From Bacteroidales bacterium (GTDB lineage Bacteria; Bacteroidota; Bacteroidia; Bacteroidales; UBA10428), in assembly GCA_965230395.1 (NCBI GenBank), contig CBDDKV010000002.1, positions 2,625,321 to 2,689,320 of the forward strand: a DNA stretch of 64,000 nucleotides, in the 5' to 3' direction. A program made the position numbers and the translations under genes. Below the pieces are notes generated by a model. The model ran no database searches. It was not told the origin of the DNA and saw nothing but the letters and a program-made list of their open reading frames with translations. Positions within the stretch are counted from its first letter, which is position 1. The number at the start of each line of letters is the position of its first letter. Positions 37,742 to 46,223 of this stretch are shown piece after piece.

Positions 37742-40700
37742 ATGAGAACTCCACTTGTGTCATTAATTTTAATACTAACTTTTGGTCTTTATTCCTGCAC
37801 AGATGAAGGAAAGGGAAAAGATATCCTGGATTATGTAGATCCTATGATAGGCACTGATGGTATTGGCCATACATTTCCAGGTGCCACTGTTCCTTTTGGG
37901 ATGATTCAGCTTAGCCCTTCTGATGATACCGATAAATGGAACTGGTGTTCAGGTTATCACTACAGCGATAATGTTTTAAAAGGGTTTGCCCACAATCATT
38001 TTAGTGGAACCGGACTGACAGGTATGGGAGATATCTTGTTAATGCCAACATTTGGGGAAATAAAGATGAATCCGGGCACAAAAGAAGATCCTGACAAAGG
38101 TTATCGCTCACGCTTTTCACATGAGAATGAGAAAGCCACACCAGGCTACTATGCAGTATTACTTGATGACTACAACGTTAATGTAGAATTGACAACCTCT
38201 CCGCGAGTTGGGTTTCATCGTTACATATATAATAAAGCAGGCAGACAAAATATTGTCGTTGATCCAACGCATGGAATGGTTAAAGAAATTTATGATGCTT
38301 CTGTTGATATAATATCAGATACCGAAATAATTGGATATAAGTATTGTAATGATAAATCCTGCGGAATAAGAAAGGTTTACTTCTACTCAAAGTTCTCAAA
38401 GCCCTTTTCTGAAAGTGGTGTTTCTGTGAATGATACAATATTAACCGATAAGCAAAAAGCATCAGATAAAACGGCAAAAGCCTTTGTTAGATATAATGGA
38501 AACGCAGGGGATACAGTAGAAATATCTATGGCAATCTCATATGTAAACTATGATGGTGCTAAAGAAAATTATATGGCCGAGGGAAAAGGTGCTGATTTTG
38601 ATGTTGTACATGAAAAAGCGCGTGAATTATGGAGAGATAAAATTAGCCGTATTCAAATTGAAGGGGCATCAGAGGAGGAGAAAGTTATTTTTTATACCGG
38701 GATGTACCACAACTTTATTGCCCCAAACATAATTTCTGATGTTAATGGGAATTATATTGTGGAAGGGAAACAGTACAACTCTCCCGGCTTGGTGCAATAT
38801 AGCAATTTTTCGACCTGGGATACTTACAGGGCAACTCACCCGCTATGGTCAATTATCGATCAGGAAACCAATAAAAAGATGATTCAGGTTTTAATGTCTA
38901 GGTTTACACAACCTAAAACAGGGTTGGCTTTGTGGGAAGCACTGGGATTTGATAACTATTGTATGATAGGATATCCCGGAATTTCAGCTATGGCCGAAGC
39001 TGCCTTAAAACATCCCGAAGGTTTGGATAAGAAATTTATTTATGATTGCATTCGTGAAACTTCATTCAGGGATGGTGGAGCAAGTGTAAACTACGGATCA
39101 GACAATGGAGTAAGGTATTATGTAGATTATGGGTTTGTTCCGGCAGAAGTAGGTTGCGGGGTTTCTAAAACAACTGAATATAATTACTACGATTTTTGCG
39201 TAAGTGAACTGGCCAAAGATTTAGGATTAAAAGAAGATGAAGAATTTTTCAGAAAAAGAAGTTTAGGATATAGAAACCTATTCAACAGCAGTAAAAATTA
39301 CTTATGGCCATGCTTGTCTTCTGGTAATTTTATCGAAATGGATACCACCGGTTGGGATGAACTGGTCCATCATTATGTGTCGGGTAATATTTGGGCTTAT
39401 TCTACCTATACCCCACACGATATGCTCGGGGCAGTAGAATTATGGGGCGGAAATGAAAAGTACTCAGCCTGGTTAGATAACATGATTAATACCCCGCTTG
39501 ATATGGCAGGTGAACAACATGTAGATATAGCAGGGTTCATTGGGAAATATAGTCATGGAGATGAGCCCGGGCATCAATTGGCTTACTTGTATAACTTCGC
39601 AGGTAAACCATGGAAAACACAGGAATTAGTACGCCGGGTAATGACCGAGATGTATTCTCACGAGTTGGATGGTTATGCGAATAATGAGGATTGTGGCCAG
39701 ATGTCTGCATGGTATATATTTTCGGGAATGGGATTTTATCCTGTTGCCCCATGCGATTTGAACTACTATTTTGGTACTCCGTTATTTCCTAAATCGATAA
39801 TTCAGCTCGAAGATGGTAAAACTTTTACTGTAATTGCCAAAAATAATCCAGCTAAAAATAAATATATTCAGTCAGTTACGTTAAACGGAGAACAAACTGA
39901 ACGATTGTATATTACACACGATGAAATAATGAATGGTGGTGAACTGGTATTCGAAATGGGCCCAAACCCCAATAAAGAATGGGGTGTTAAAGATAATGCA
40001 ATTCCTTCTTACTATAAAGAAAACCAAGGATATAAACCCAAGGCTTTAGCGTGTTTTACTCCATACATGACTGATGCAAAAATCCGCTTTAATAAAAACA
40101 AACAAGTGGAATTAGTTTGTAAAACAGAGGGTGCAAAAGTATTTTATACCTTGGATGGTTCAGTTCCTGATAAAACCTCGAAAGAATATACGGGACCTTT
40201 TGAAATAGATAAATCCTTATCAGTTAAAGCTGTTGCCTTTAAAGATGGTTTGAAACCCAGCCAGGTGTTTGAAATAAGGTTATTTAGATCAGTATTTGTT
40301 GGACTTAAGCAAGGATATCCGAAATTAAGCTTTGATAATATCCCTCAAAAATATGGAGCTAAAGATGGAAGTCAACTGGTAGATATGGTTTTTGGTTCGG
40401 AAACTTTTTCTGACAGAAGGTGGACCGGAGTAAACGAAAAAGACCTGATAATTAATGTAGATCTGGGGGAAGAAGTAGAACTTAGTATGGTTGAGCTCAA
40501 TACACTAACATCTACACAAAAATGGCGGTTCCCACCCAAAGGCATAAATGTTCTGATAAAAGATGATGAGGGCAATTATAAGACAGTGGGAAGTATAAAA
40601 CCAGGAAAAATCGGTAAACACGATAAAAAAATCAATTATCACGAAATAAAGTTTTCTAAACAGAAGGCTCAAAATGTAAAAATTGTGGTTGAGAACTATG

Positions 40701-40774
40701 GCACATTGCCAAGATGGCATAAAGGTGCAGGTAAATTACCATGGATATTCGTAGATGAGATAAACATAAAATAA
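37742..40774 (+). CDS. GH92 alpha-mannosidase fused to a C-terminal Fn3-like + discoidin-like putative glycan-binding module (lipoprotein)
   Basis: Canonical GH92 motifs 'VDPMIGTDGIGHTFPGATVPFGMIQLSPSD', 'HGDEPGHQLAYLYNFAGKPWKTQ' and 'NNEDCGQMSAWYIF'. A ~265 aa extension carries 'AKVFYTLDGSVPDKTSKEYTGPF' (chitobiase/hexosaminidase-C-like) and a beta-sandwich ending 'ENYGTLPRWHKGAGKLPWIFVDEINIK'. Confidence 0.9.
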   Translation: MRTPLVSLILILTFGLYSCTDEGKGKDILDYVDPMIGTDGIGHTFPGATVPFGMIQLSPSDDTDKWNWCSGYHYSDNVLKGFAHNHFSGTGLTGMGDILLMPTFGEIKMNPGTKEDPDKGYRSRFSHENEKATPGYYAVLLDDYNVNVELTTSPRVGFHRYIYNKAGRQNIVVDPTHGMVKEIYDASVDIISDTEIIGYKYCNDKSCGIRKVYFYSKFSKPFSESGVSVNDTILTDKQKASDKTAKAFVRYNGNAGDTVEISMAISYVNYDGAKENYMAEGKGADFDVVHEKARELWRDKISRIQIEGASEEEKVIFYTGMYHNFIAPNIISDVNGNYIVEGKQYNSPGLVQYSNFSTWDTYRATHPLWSIIDQETNKKMIQVLMSRFTQPKTGLALWEALGFDNYCMIGYPGISAMAEAALKHPEGLDKKFIYDCIRETSFRDGGASVNYGSDNGVRYYVDYGFVPAEVGCGVSKTTEYNYYDFCVSELAKDLGLKEDEEFFRKRSLGYRNLFNSSKNYLWPCLSSGNFIEMDTTGWDELVHHYVSGNIWAYSTYTPHDMLGAVELWGGNEKYSAWLDNMINTPLDMAGEQHVDIAGFIGKYSHGDEPGHQLAYLYNFAGKPWKTQELVRRVMTEMYSHELDGYANNEDCGQMSAWYIFSGMGFYPVAPCDLNYYFGTPLFPKSIIQLEDGKTFTVIAKNNPAKNKYIQSVTLNGEQTERLYITHDEIMNGGELVFEMGPNPNKEWGVKDNAIPSYYKENQGYKPKALACFTPYMTDAKIRFNKNKQVELVCKTEGAKVFYTLDGSVPDKTSKEYTGPFEIDKSLSVKAVAFKDGLKPSQVFEIRLFRSVFVGLKQGYPKLSFDNIPQKYGAKDGSQLVDMVFGSETFSDRRWTGVNEKDLIINVDLGEEVELSMVELNTLTSTQKWRFPPKGINVLIKDDEGNYKTVGSIKPGKIGKHDKKINYHEIKFSKQKAQNVKIVVENYGTLPRWHKGAGKLPWIFVDEINIK

Positions 40775-41999
40775 ACAGAGTATTCTAATGAAAATAAAGC
40801 AGATGAAGCACAAAAATATTACATTAATTATTTTAGCGGCTCTACTCTATTTATCAAGCTGCAAAAACACAGGCGATTCTATTTTCGATATAGTATCGTA
40901 TGGTGCAATCTCAGATGGAGAAACAGTTTCAACAGAAGCTATTCAAAAAGCAATAGATGCAGCCAATAAAAATGGGGGAGGTAGAGTAATAATACCGGAA
41001 GGCAATTTTGTTACCGGAAGTATCATATTGAAATCAAATGTGGAATTGTACCTGAGCGAAGGTGCCACCCTATACGGAAGCATTGATCCGAGGAGTTACA
41101 GAAAAATTGAAGTAGAGGGAATGCCCGTGTCGCCAAAAACAGATGACAATTCAAAGTTGGCCATCATTCTGTCCCATGATGCCCACAATATTTCTGTTAC
41201 CGGTGAAGGAACTATTGATGGCAGGGGCGGGGAACTGGTAAAGGTTATGGACAGCCTGCACAAAGCCGGAATTTATGAAATAAAAGAGTACGATTTTGCC
41301 AATAAAAGGATAAGGGAAACAGAACGGCCAAAGATTCTAATGTTTATGGAGTCTGACCATGTGACTGTTTCCGGGATTACCATCAAAAATTCAGCTGTTT
41401 GGGTCCAAACGTATGAACTGTGCACCCATGTTAGAATTGATGGGATTACGGTAGAAAGCCGGGCTTTTTGGAATAATGACGGAATGGATATTTCAGATTG
41501 CAGGAATGTGCAAATTACGAATTGTAATGTCAATGCCGCCGATGATGGGATCTGTTTGAAGTCGTACTATCCGGGTTATTGTAACGACTCAATATACATT
41601 GCTAATTGCAATATTCGCACAAGTGCAAGTGCCATAAAATTCGGCACCGCTTCAATTGGTGGGTTTAAAAATGTAATCATCGAAAATATAAAGGTCTTTG
41701 ATACTTTCCGGTCGATGATTGCGATTGAATCTGTAGATGGCGGAGATATTGAAAATGTTCATGTCTCAAATATGGAAGGCAAAAATACCGGAAATGCTAT
41801 TTTTATTCGCTTGGGGCACCGGAGTGGCGAAAAGCCGGGAACAGTGAAGAATATAACCATTAAGGATTTAAAGTGTGAAGTTCCATTCGGAAGGCCGGAC
41901 GAAGGATATGCATTCGAAGGTCCCTGGCCAAGAGGGGCGCACAACCGGCATCCGGCACCTATTGCGGGTATACCTAATCATTATATTGAGAATGTAACA
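40768..41999 (+). repeat. 1.23-kb near-identical dispersed repeat, copy 1 (partner 53239-54470)
   Basis: Base-by-base comparison at a constant offset of 12471 nt with no indels. I counted about 17 substitutions, about 8 of them in the last ~1010 nt. Similarity drops abruptly after ...gagaatgtaaca (41999 / 54470). Confidence 0.9.
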
Positions 42000-43082
42000 C
42001 TCGAAAATATTGAAATATCATATCCGGGAAAGTCTTCGAAAGAAATAGCATATATTGCTTTAGACAAGTTGGATGATGTCCCGGAGAAAATAAGTAAGTA
42101 TCCCGAATATAGTCAGTTTGGTGAATTGCCATCGTGGGGGTTTTATGTACGGCATGTTAAGGGAATGTCGATGAAAAACATAACCTTAAAACTGGAAGAT
42201 AAAGACTTTCGTCCGCCATTTGTGTTTGATGATGTGAGTGGGTTAAAACTAACAGACCTTAAAATGCCCGGGGATAACAACAAAATTATATTCAGAGGCG
42301 TGGAAGGTTCGGATTTAGGTGAGGGATTATCAGAAAACATCAAAGTAATACCAGCAAAATGCAAAGTGGTAACTGACACAGATAAATCATATTGGTTTAA
42401 AGATAAACGGGAGATAAGGTTGGAAACTGAAACCCCAAAGGCAAAAATCTATTATACATTGGATGGAAGTGTGCCAACAAAAAAGTCAAAGATGTATAAC
42501 CAGCCTTTTAAAATTACACGAAATGTCTGGTTAAAGGCTGTAGCAATGGCAGACGGGTATTATCCCAGCGAGATATTCACAAAAAGATACGCAAAAAGTA
42601 TATTAAACGATTTGCCGAAAGGCTTTCCAAAGATAAGTTTTAAGGAAATTCCGGATAAATACGGCAATCCCGATGGTTCACAGCTTATTGACCAGGTGTT
42701 TGGGACACTTGATTTTAGGGATAGGAAATGGACTGGCCTGAACAGAAAAGATTTAATTGTGGAATTTGATTTGGGGCAAAAGGTCAATATGAGCAGAGTA
42801 CAGGTTTCAACACTTACATCTACTGAAAAATGGAGGTTTCCGCCTAAAAGTATTTCCATATTCGTTAAAAATGAAAAAATGGAGTATGAGAAGGTGAAAG
42901 AACAACAAATTAATCATATATTAGAACATGATACCCAAATTAACTATCACGATATCAGGTTCTCGGAGAGGGAAGCCCAATATGTTAAAATTGTAATAGA
43001 GAACTATGGAACTTTACCGGATTGGCATAGAGGGGCAGGAAAATTACCATGGATTTTTGTGGATGAGATAAACATAAATTAG
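40788..43082 (+). CDS. GH28-family glycoside hydrolase fused to the same C-terminal Fn3-like + discoidin-like module (lipoprotein)
   Basis: Lipobox 'LSSC'. The GH28 region reads 'FWNNDGMDISDCRNVQITNCNVNAADDGICLKS'. The C-terminal 'AKIYYTLDGSVPTKKSKMYNQPF' and '...ENYGTLPDWHRGAGKLPWIFVDEININ' are homologous to the tail of the preceding GH92. Confidence 0.85.
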   Translation: MKIKQMKHKNITLIILAALLYLSSCKNTGDSIFDIVSYGAISDGETVSTEAIQKAIDAANKNGGGRVIIPEGNFVTGSIILKSNVELYLSEGATLYGSIDPRSYRKIEVEGMPVSPKTDDNSKLAIILSHDAHNISVTGEGTIDGRGGELVKVMDSLHKAGIYEIKEYDFANKRIRETERPKILMFMESDHVTVSGITIKNSAVWVQTYELCTHVRIDGITVESRAFWNNDGMDISDCRNVQITNCNVNAADDGICLKSYYPGYCNDSIYIANCNIRTSASAIKFGTASIGGFKNVIIENIKVFDTFRSMIAIESVDGGDIENVHVSNMEGKNTGNAIFIRLGHRSGEKPGTVKNITIKDLKCEVPFGRPDEGYAFEGPWPRGAHNRHPAPIAGIPNHYIENVTLENIEISYPGKSSKEIAYIALDKLDDVPEKISKYPEYSQFGELPSWGFYVRHVKGMSMKNITLKLEDKDFRPPFVFDDVSGLKLTDLKMPGDNNKIIFRGVEGSDLGEGLSENIKVIPAKCKVVTDTDKSYWFKDKREIRLETETPKAKIYYTLDGSVPTKKSKMYNQPFKITRNVWLKAVAMADGYYPSEIFTKRYAKSILNDLPKGFPKISFKEIPDKYGNPDGSQLIDQVFGTLDFRDRKWTGLNRKDLIVEFDLGQKVNMSRVQVSTLTSTEKWRFPPKSISIFVKNEKMEYEKVKEQQINHILEHDTQINYHDIRFSEREAQYVKIVIENYGTLPDWHRGAGKLPWIFVDEININ

Positions 43083-43088
43083 ATAATC

Positions 43089-44525
43089 ATGACAACAAGA
43101 AGAAGTTTTATAAAGAAAAGCATGGTAGCCACAGCAGGAATATCGCTACTGAGCAATACGCATATGATGGCCATGAAAAAATTTGATTTTAAATCGGGAA
43201 GGCCAGAACTGGCAAAGCGCACATTTACAAGCGAAGCTGTTGAAAAAACAATAACAACGGTTAAAAAAGGGATTAAAAATCCGGAATTGGCGTGGATGTT
43301 TGAAAACTGTTTCCCCAATACCCTTGATACTACAGTAGATTATGAAGTAATTGATGGAAAACCGGATGCTTTTATTATTACCGGGGATATTGATGCCATG
43401 TGGTTGCGGGATTCTACAGCTCAAATATGGCCATACCTGCCTTTAGTGAAGGAGGATAAAAAGCTCGCAGATTTATTTAAAGGGTTAATTAACCGACAGA
43501 CCAAGTGTATTAATCTGGATCCTTATGCAAATGCCTTTTATAAAGACCTGAACAAAGAATCGGAATGGAAAAAAGACAGGCCAACCCCTCAACCAGGTGT
43601 CCATGAACGTAAATGGGAGATAGATTCATTGTGTTATGCCGTTCGTTTGGCGCATGGTTACTGGAAAGAAACAGGGGACACTTCCGTTTTTGATAAGGAT
43701 TGGGACACCGCAGCACGTGTAGTCGTAAAAACGTTCAGGACCGAACAGAGGAAGAACGGGGAAACTCCTTACTATTTTGAAAGAGTGCGAAGAAATAAAA
43801 CCGTAACAGCTCCTTTTAAAGGAAAAGGGCGCCCTATGAAGCCGGTTGGAATGATAGCTTCAGCATTTCGTCCTTCAGATGATGGCTGTATGTACCCGTT
43901 TTTAATTCCCTCAAACCTGTTTGCTGTAGAATCGCTGGCCCAGTTGAGCGAAATCTACAAAGAAGTGTTCGGGGACAAGACTTTCTCCAATGAATGCAGG
44001 CACTTCTCAAAGGAAGTATTGGAAGCCATCGATAGCTACGCTATTTCCGAACACCTCAACTATGGTAAAATATATGCTTACGAAGTAGACGGGTTTGGCA
44101 ATAAAGTATACGTTGATGATCCTAATATTCCCTCGTTAATAGCAATGAAGTATCTCCTTCAGGAAAAGTATTATCAACCTGAAGTGTACCAAAATACGCG
44201 TAAGTACTTGTTGAGCAGTGACAACCCGTATTACTTCAAAGGTAAAGCCGGTGAAGGGCAAGGGGGACCACATGCCGGACTGGATACCATATGGCCAATG
44301 GGAATTATTTTGCGTGCTATGACAAGCGAGGACGATAAAGAAATAGTATGGTGCATAAAACAACTAATGGCAACCCATAATAATTCCGGGTTTATGCATG
44401 AAACTTTTCATAAAGATGATGCCTCTAAATTCTCCCGTTCTTGGTTTGCCTGGGCAAATACATTGTTTGGAGAGTTAATTGTAAAGTTGTATAATGAAAA
44501 GCCTGAACTATTAAAATTGATATAG
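43089..44525 (+). CDS. GH125 exo-alpha-1,6-mannosidase-family protein with twin-arginine signal
   Basis: 'ITGDIDAMWLRDSTAQIWPYLPL' and the C-terminal 'SWFAWANTLFGELI' are GH125 (DUF1237) motifs. The N-terminus 'MTTRRSFIKKSMVATAGISLL' fits the Tat motif S/T-R-R-x-F-L-K. Confidence 0.85.
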   Translation: MTTRRSFIKKSMVATAGISLLSNTHMMAMKKFDFKSGRPELAKRTFTSEAVEKTITTVKKGIKNPELAWMFENCFPNTLDTTVDYEVIDGKPDAFIITGDIDAMWLRDSTAQIWPYLPLVKEDKKLADLFKGLINRQTKCINLDPYANAFYKDLNKESEWKKDRPTPQPGVHERKWEIDSLCYAVRLAHGYWKETGDTSVFDKDWDTAARVVVKTFRTEQRKNGETPYYFERVRRNKTVTAPFKGKGRPMKPVGMIASAFRPSDDGCMYPFLIPSNLFAVESLAQLSEIYKEVFGDKTFSNECRHFSKEVLEAIDSYAISEHLNYGKIYAYEVDGFGNKVYVDDPNIPSLIAMKYLLQEKYYQPEVYQNTRKYLLSSDNPYYFKGKAGEGQGGPHAGLDTIWPMGIILRAMTSEDDKEIVWCIKQLMATHNNSGFMHETFHKDDASKFSRSWFAWANTLFGELIVKLYNEKPELLKLI

Positions 44526-44540
44526 AAAAAAAATTATTAT

Positions 44541-44575
44541 AGTATCCGACAACAACTTTCGGATACTATTTTTTA
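44541..44575. terminator. bidirectional Rho-independent terminator between GH125 and the convergent regulator gene
   Basis: 9-bp stem agtatccga (44541-44549) / tcggatact (44559-44567), with an A-run upstream and a T-run (44569-44574) downstream. Confidence 0.8.
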
Positions 44576-44606
44576 TCCTAACTCTTAAGCGATAAAATCA
44601 TATAAT

Positions 44607-45797
44607 TTATGGCCAGAGTTCGTTTACATCGAGTTCAATAGGATCTATTCTTAGCGGATGAATAACAAAATCTGTTTGTCCATGGCCTTTCACTTCAAAA
44701 ACGGCTTTAAAATTATCTGAGTTGTTTTTTTCAACTCTTTCTTTCAATTTGTTTAAATTCTCTACATTGCTTAAGTAATCCAAAACAGCTTTATTTCCAA
44801 TATCCTGTCCACAAATAAATGAAGATACTGACCTGCCATCTTCAGTTTTGAAATATATTAATGAACTATACTCAGTATGTTGCTCATTAATACTGTTTGG
44901 ATTATATATAATGGTCGAGTCTTTAACCTGATACCTTAAATTAAGGTTTTTATTGTCATATTCTACGCCAACTTCTTTATGAAATTCGTTTAAAAAGCAT
45001 TTCGTTTTTAAAGAAGATATATAAATTACATTACAGTTTTTTACATCGTTCCATCCTGCGTTAGATGAATAATTCAGCGTTAAATCTGCTTTGCAATTAA
45101 CTAAATTCTTCATAACCATAAACAAACCATAAGGAACCTGTTTGTTTAAGTATTCATAATTTAAGGTCGAAATTTTATTTCTTAAATCCATATTGGAATC
45201 AATCAAAACATTCAAATCTTCATCCGAATTAATTTCATGCCAACGCATAATGGTATGGCTCCCAAAATTGGCTTTATATTCAAAAAAATAATGATCCCCT
45301 AAAATTATGCGTATAGGGTAGTCTGATTCCCAATAATCTTCCCAGATAAAACATTTTTGTAATGGAAGTTTATCTTTTTTCATGAAAAAAAACACCGATA
45401 TAATTAATGTCATCAAGCTGATAGCTAGTATGTAAGGGCTGAATCTATTTATCCTGTTCCAAATAAACATGTTCTTATTTACAGAAAATTTTGTTACATA
45501 ATGTCCTTTCGGAATTTCAAATATTATTTCATCATTTGTGCCTTCGTTCCTATAGTATTCTAACAGCTTTTTTCTGAGGTTATGAACATAAACCCTTATG
45601 TTTTTTTCTTTTTCATCTTTAGCCCTTTCTCCAAATAGATCATAGGCAATTTGAAATTCCTTTGGAGATTCACCTTCTAAAGATTTATTTACAATATATT
45701 TAAGTAACTCATTACTAACAACACTCTTTTCAAAAGTTTTACTATGAAGAACTTTTGATAGGTATCGGTGTACGTTATTCGTATTTACTAAGATCAT
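44607..45797 (-). CDS. membrane-anchored winged-helix (OmpR/CadC/ToxR-type) transcriptional regulator with uncharacterised extracytoplasmic domain
   Basis: The N-terminal ~105 aa fit a trans_reg_C-like wHTH ('NELLKYIVNKSLEGESPKEFQIAYDLFG...NIRVYVHNLRKKLLEYYRNEGTNDEIIFEIPKGHYVTKF'). One TM helix follows ('FSPYILAISLMTLIISVFFFM'), then a ~255 aa C-terminal domain with no motif I recognise. Confidence 0.7.
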   Translation of the reverse strand: MILVNTNNVHRYLSKVLHSKTFEKSVVSNELLKYIVNKSLEGESPKEFQIAYDLFGERAKDEKEKNIRVYVHNLRKKLLEYYRNEGTNDEIIFEIPKGHYVTKFSVNKNMFIWNRINRFSPYILAISLMTLIISVFFFMKKDKLPLQKCFIWEDYWESDYPIRIILGDHYFFEYKANFGSHTIMRWHEINSDEDLNVLIDSNMDLRNKISTLNYEYLNKQVPYGLFMVMKNLVNCKADLTLNYSSNAGWNDVKNCNVIYISSLKTKCFLNEFHKEVGVEYDNKNLNLRYQVKDSTIIYNPNSINEQHTEYSSLIYFKTEDGRSVSSFICGQDIGNKAVLDYLSNVENLNKLKERVEKNNSDNFKAVFEVKGHGQTDFVIHPLRIDPIELDVNELWP

Positions 45798-46192
45798 TGA
45801 TTAGATGAAATATAACTTACCTGAAAATAAGAAAGATTCCGTTGAAACCCAAGCAATTTAGCATTTAATTTAACGGATTCAAAAATGCCATATGGCGGTT
45901 AAATGATTGTAGTAGAAAGAATAAAAATCTGTATTGGGAAGACAAAAAAATGACACTAATTCTGTGATAGGTTTTCATTGAAAAGTTGTATGATATTCTT
46001 TTATTAATCGGGTTAATTCTATTTGGTATATAATAGCACAATAATCGTATTATAATTCTTACAACAGACGATATAAATTCATGTAATTCTCGCAGGGGCA
46101 TAGCTTTTTTTAACGAAGTTTAGTAAAACATATTGTATTTAGTACATTCCATTTTGTTTGTTTGGAATGTGTGTATTGTTTTGTGTGTCAGG

Positions 46193-46223
46193 CTTGTAAA
46201 ATGTTCTTGTAACCCACTTGTAA
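46193..46223 (+). promoter_or_regulatory. three direct CTTGTAA repeats (13- and 11-bp spacing), candidate operator upstream of susC-like gene 2
   Basis: cttgtaa occurs at 46193-46199, 46206-46212 and 46217-46223, in the divergent intergenic region between the wHTH regulator gene and the SusC-like gene. Confidence 0.4.

Noticed and set aside
41273-41533. Identical 86-aa and 61-aa minus-strand ORFs appearing twice (41273-41533 = 53744-54004; 41759-41944 = 54230-54415).
   Set aside because: Their duplication is a by-product of the 1.23-kb near-identical GH28 tract. They are antisense and show no coding features of their own.
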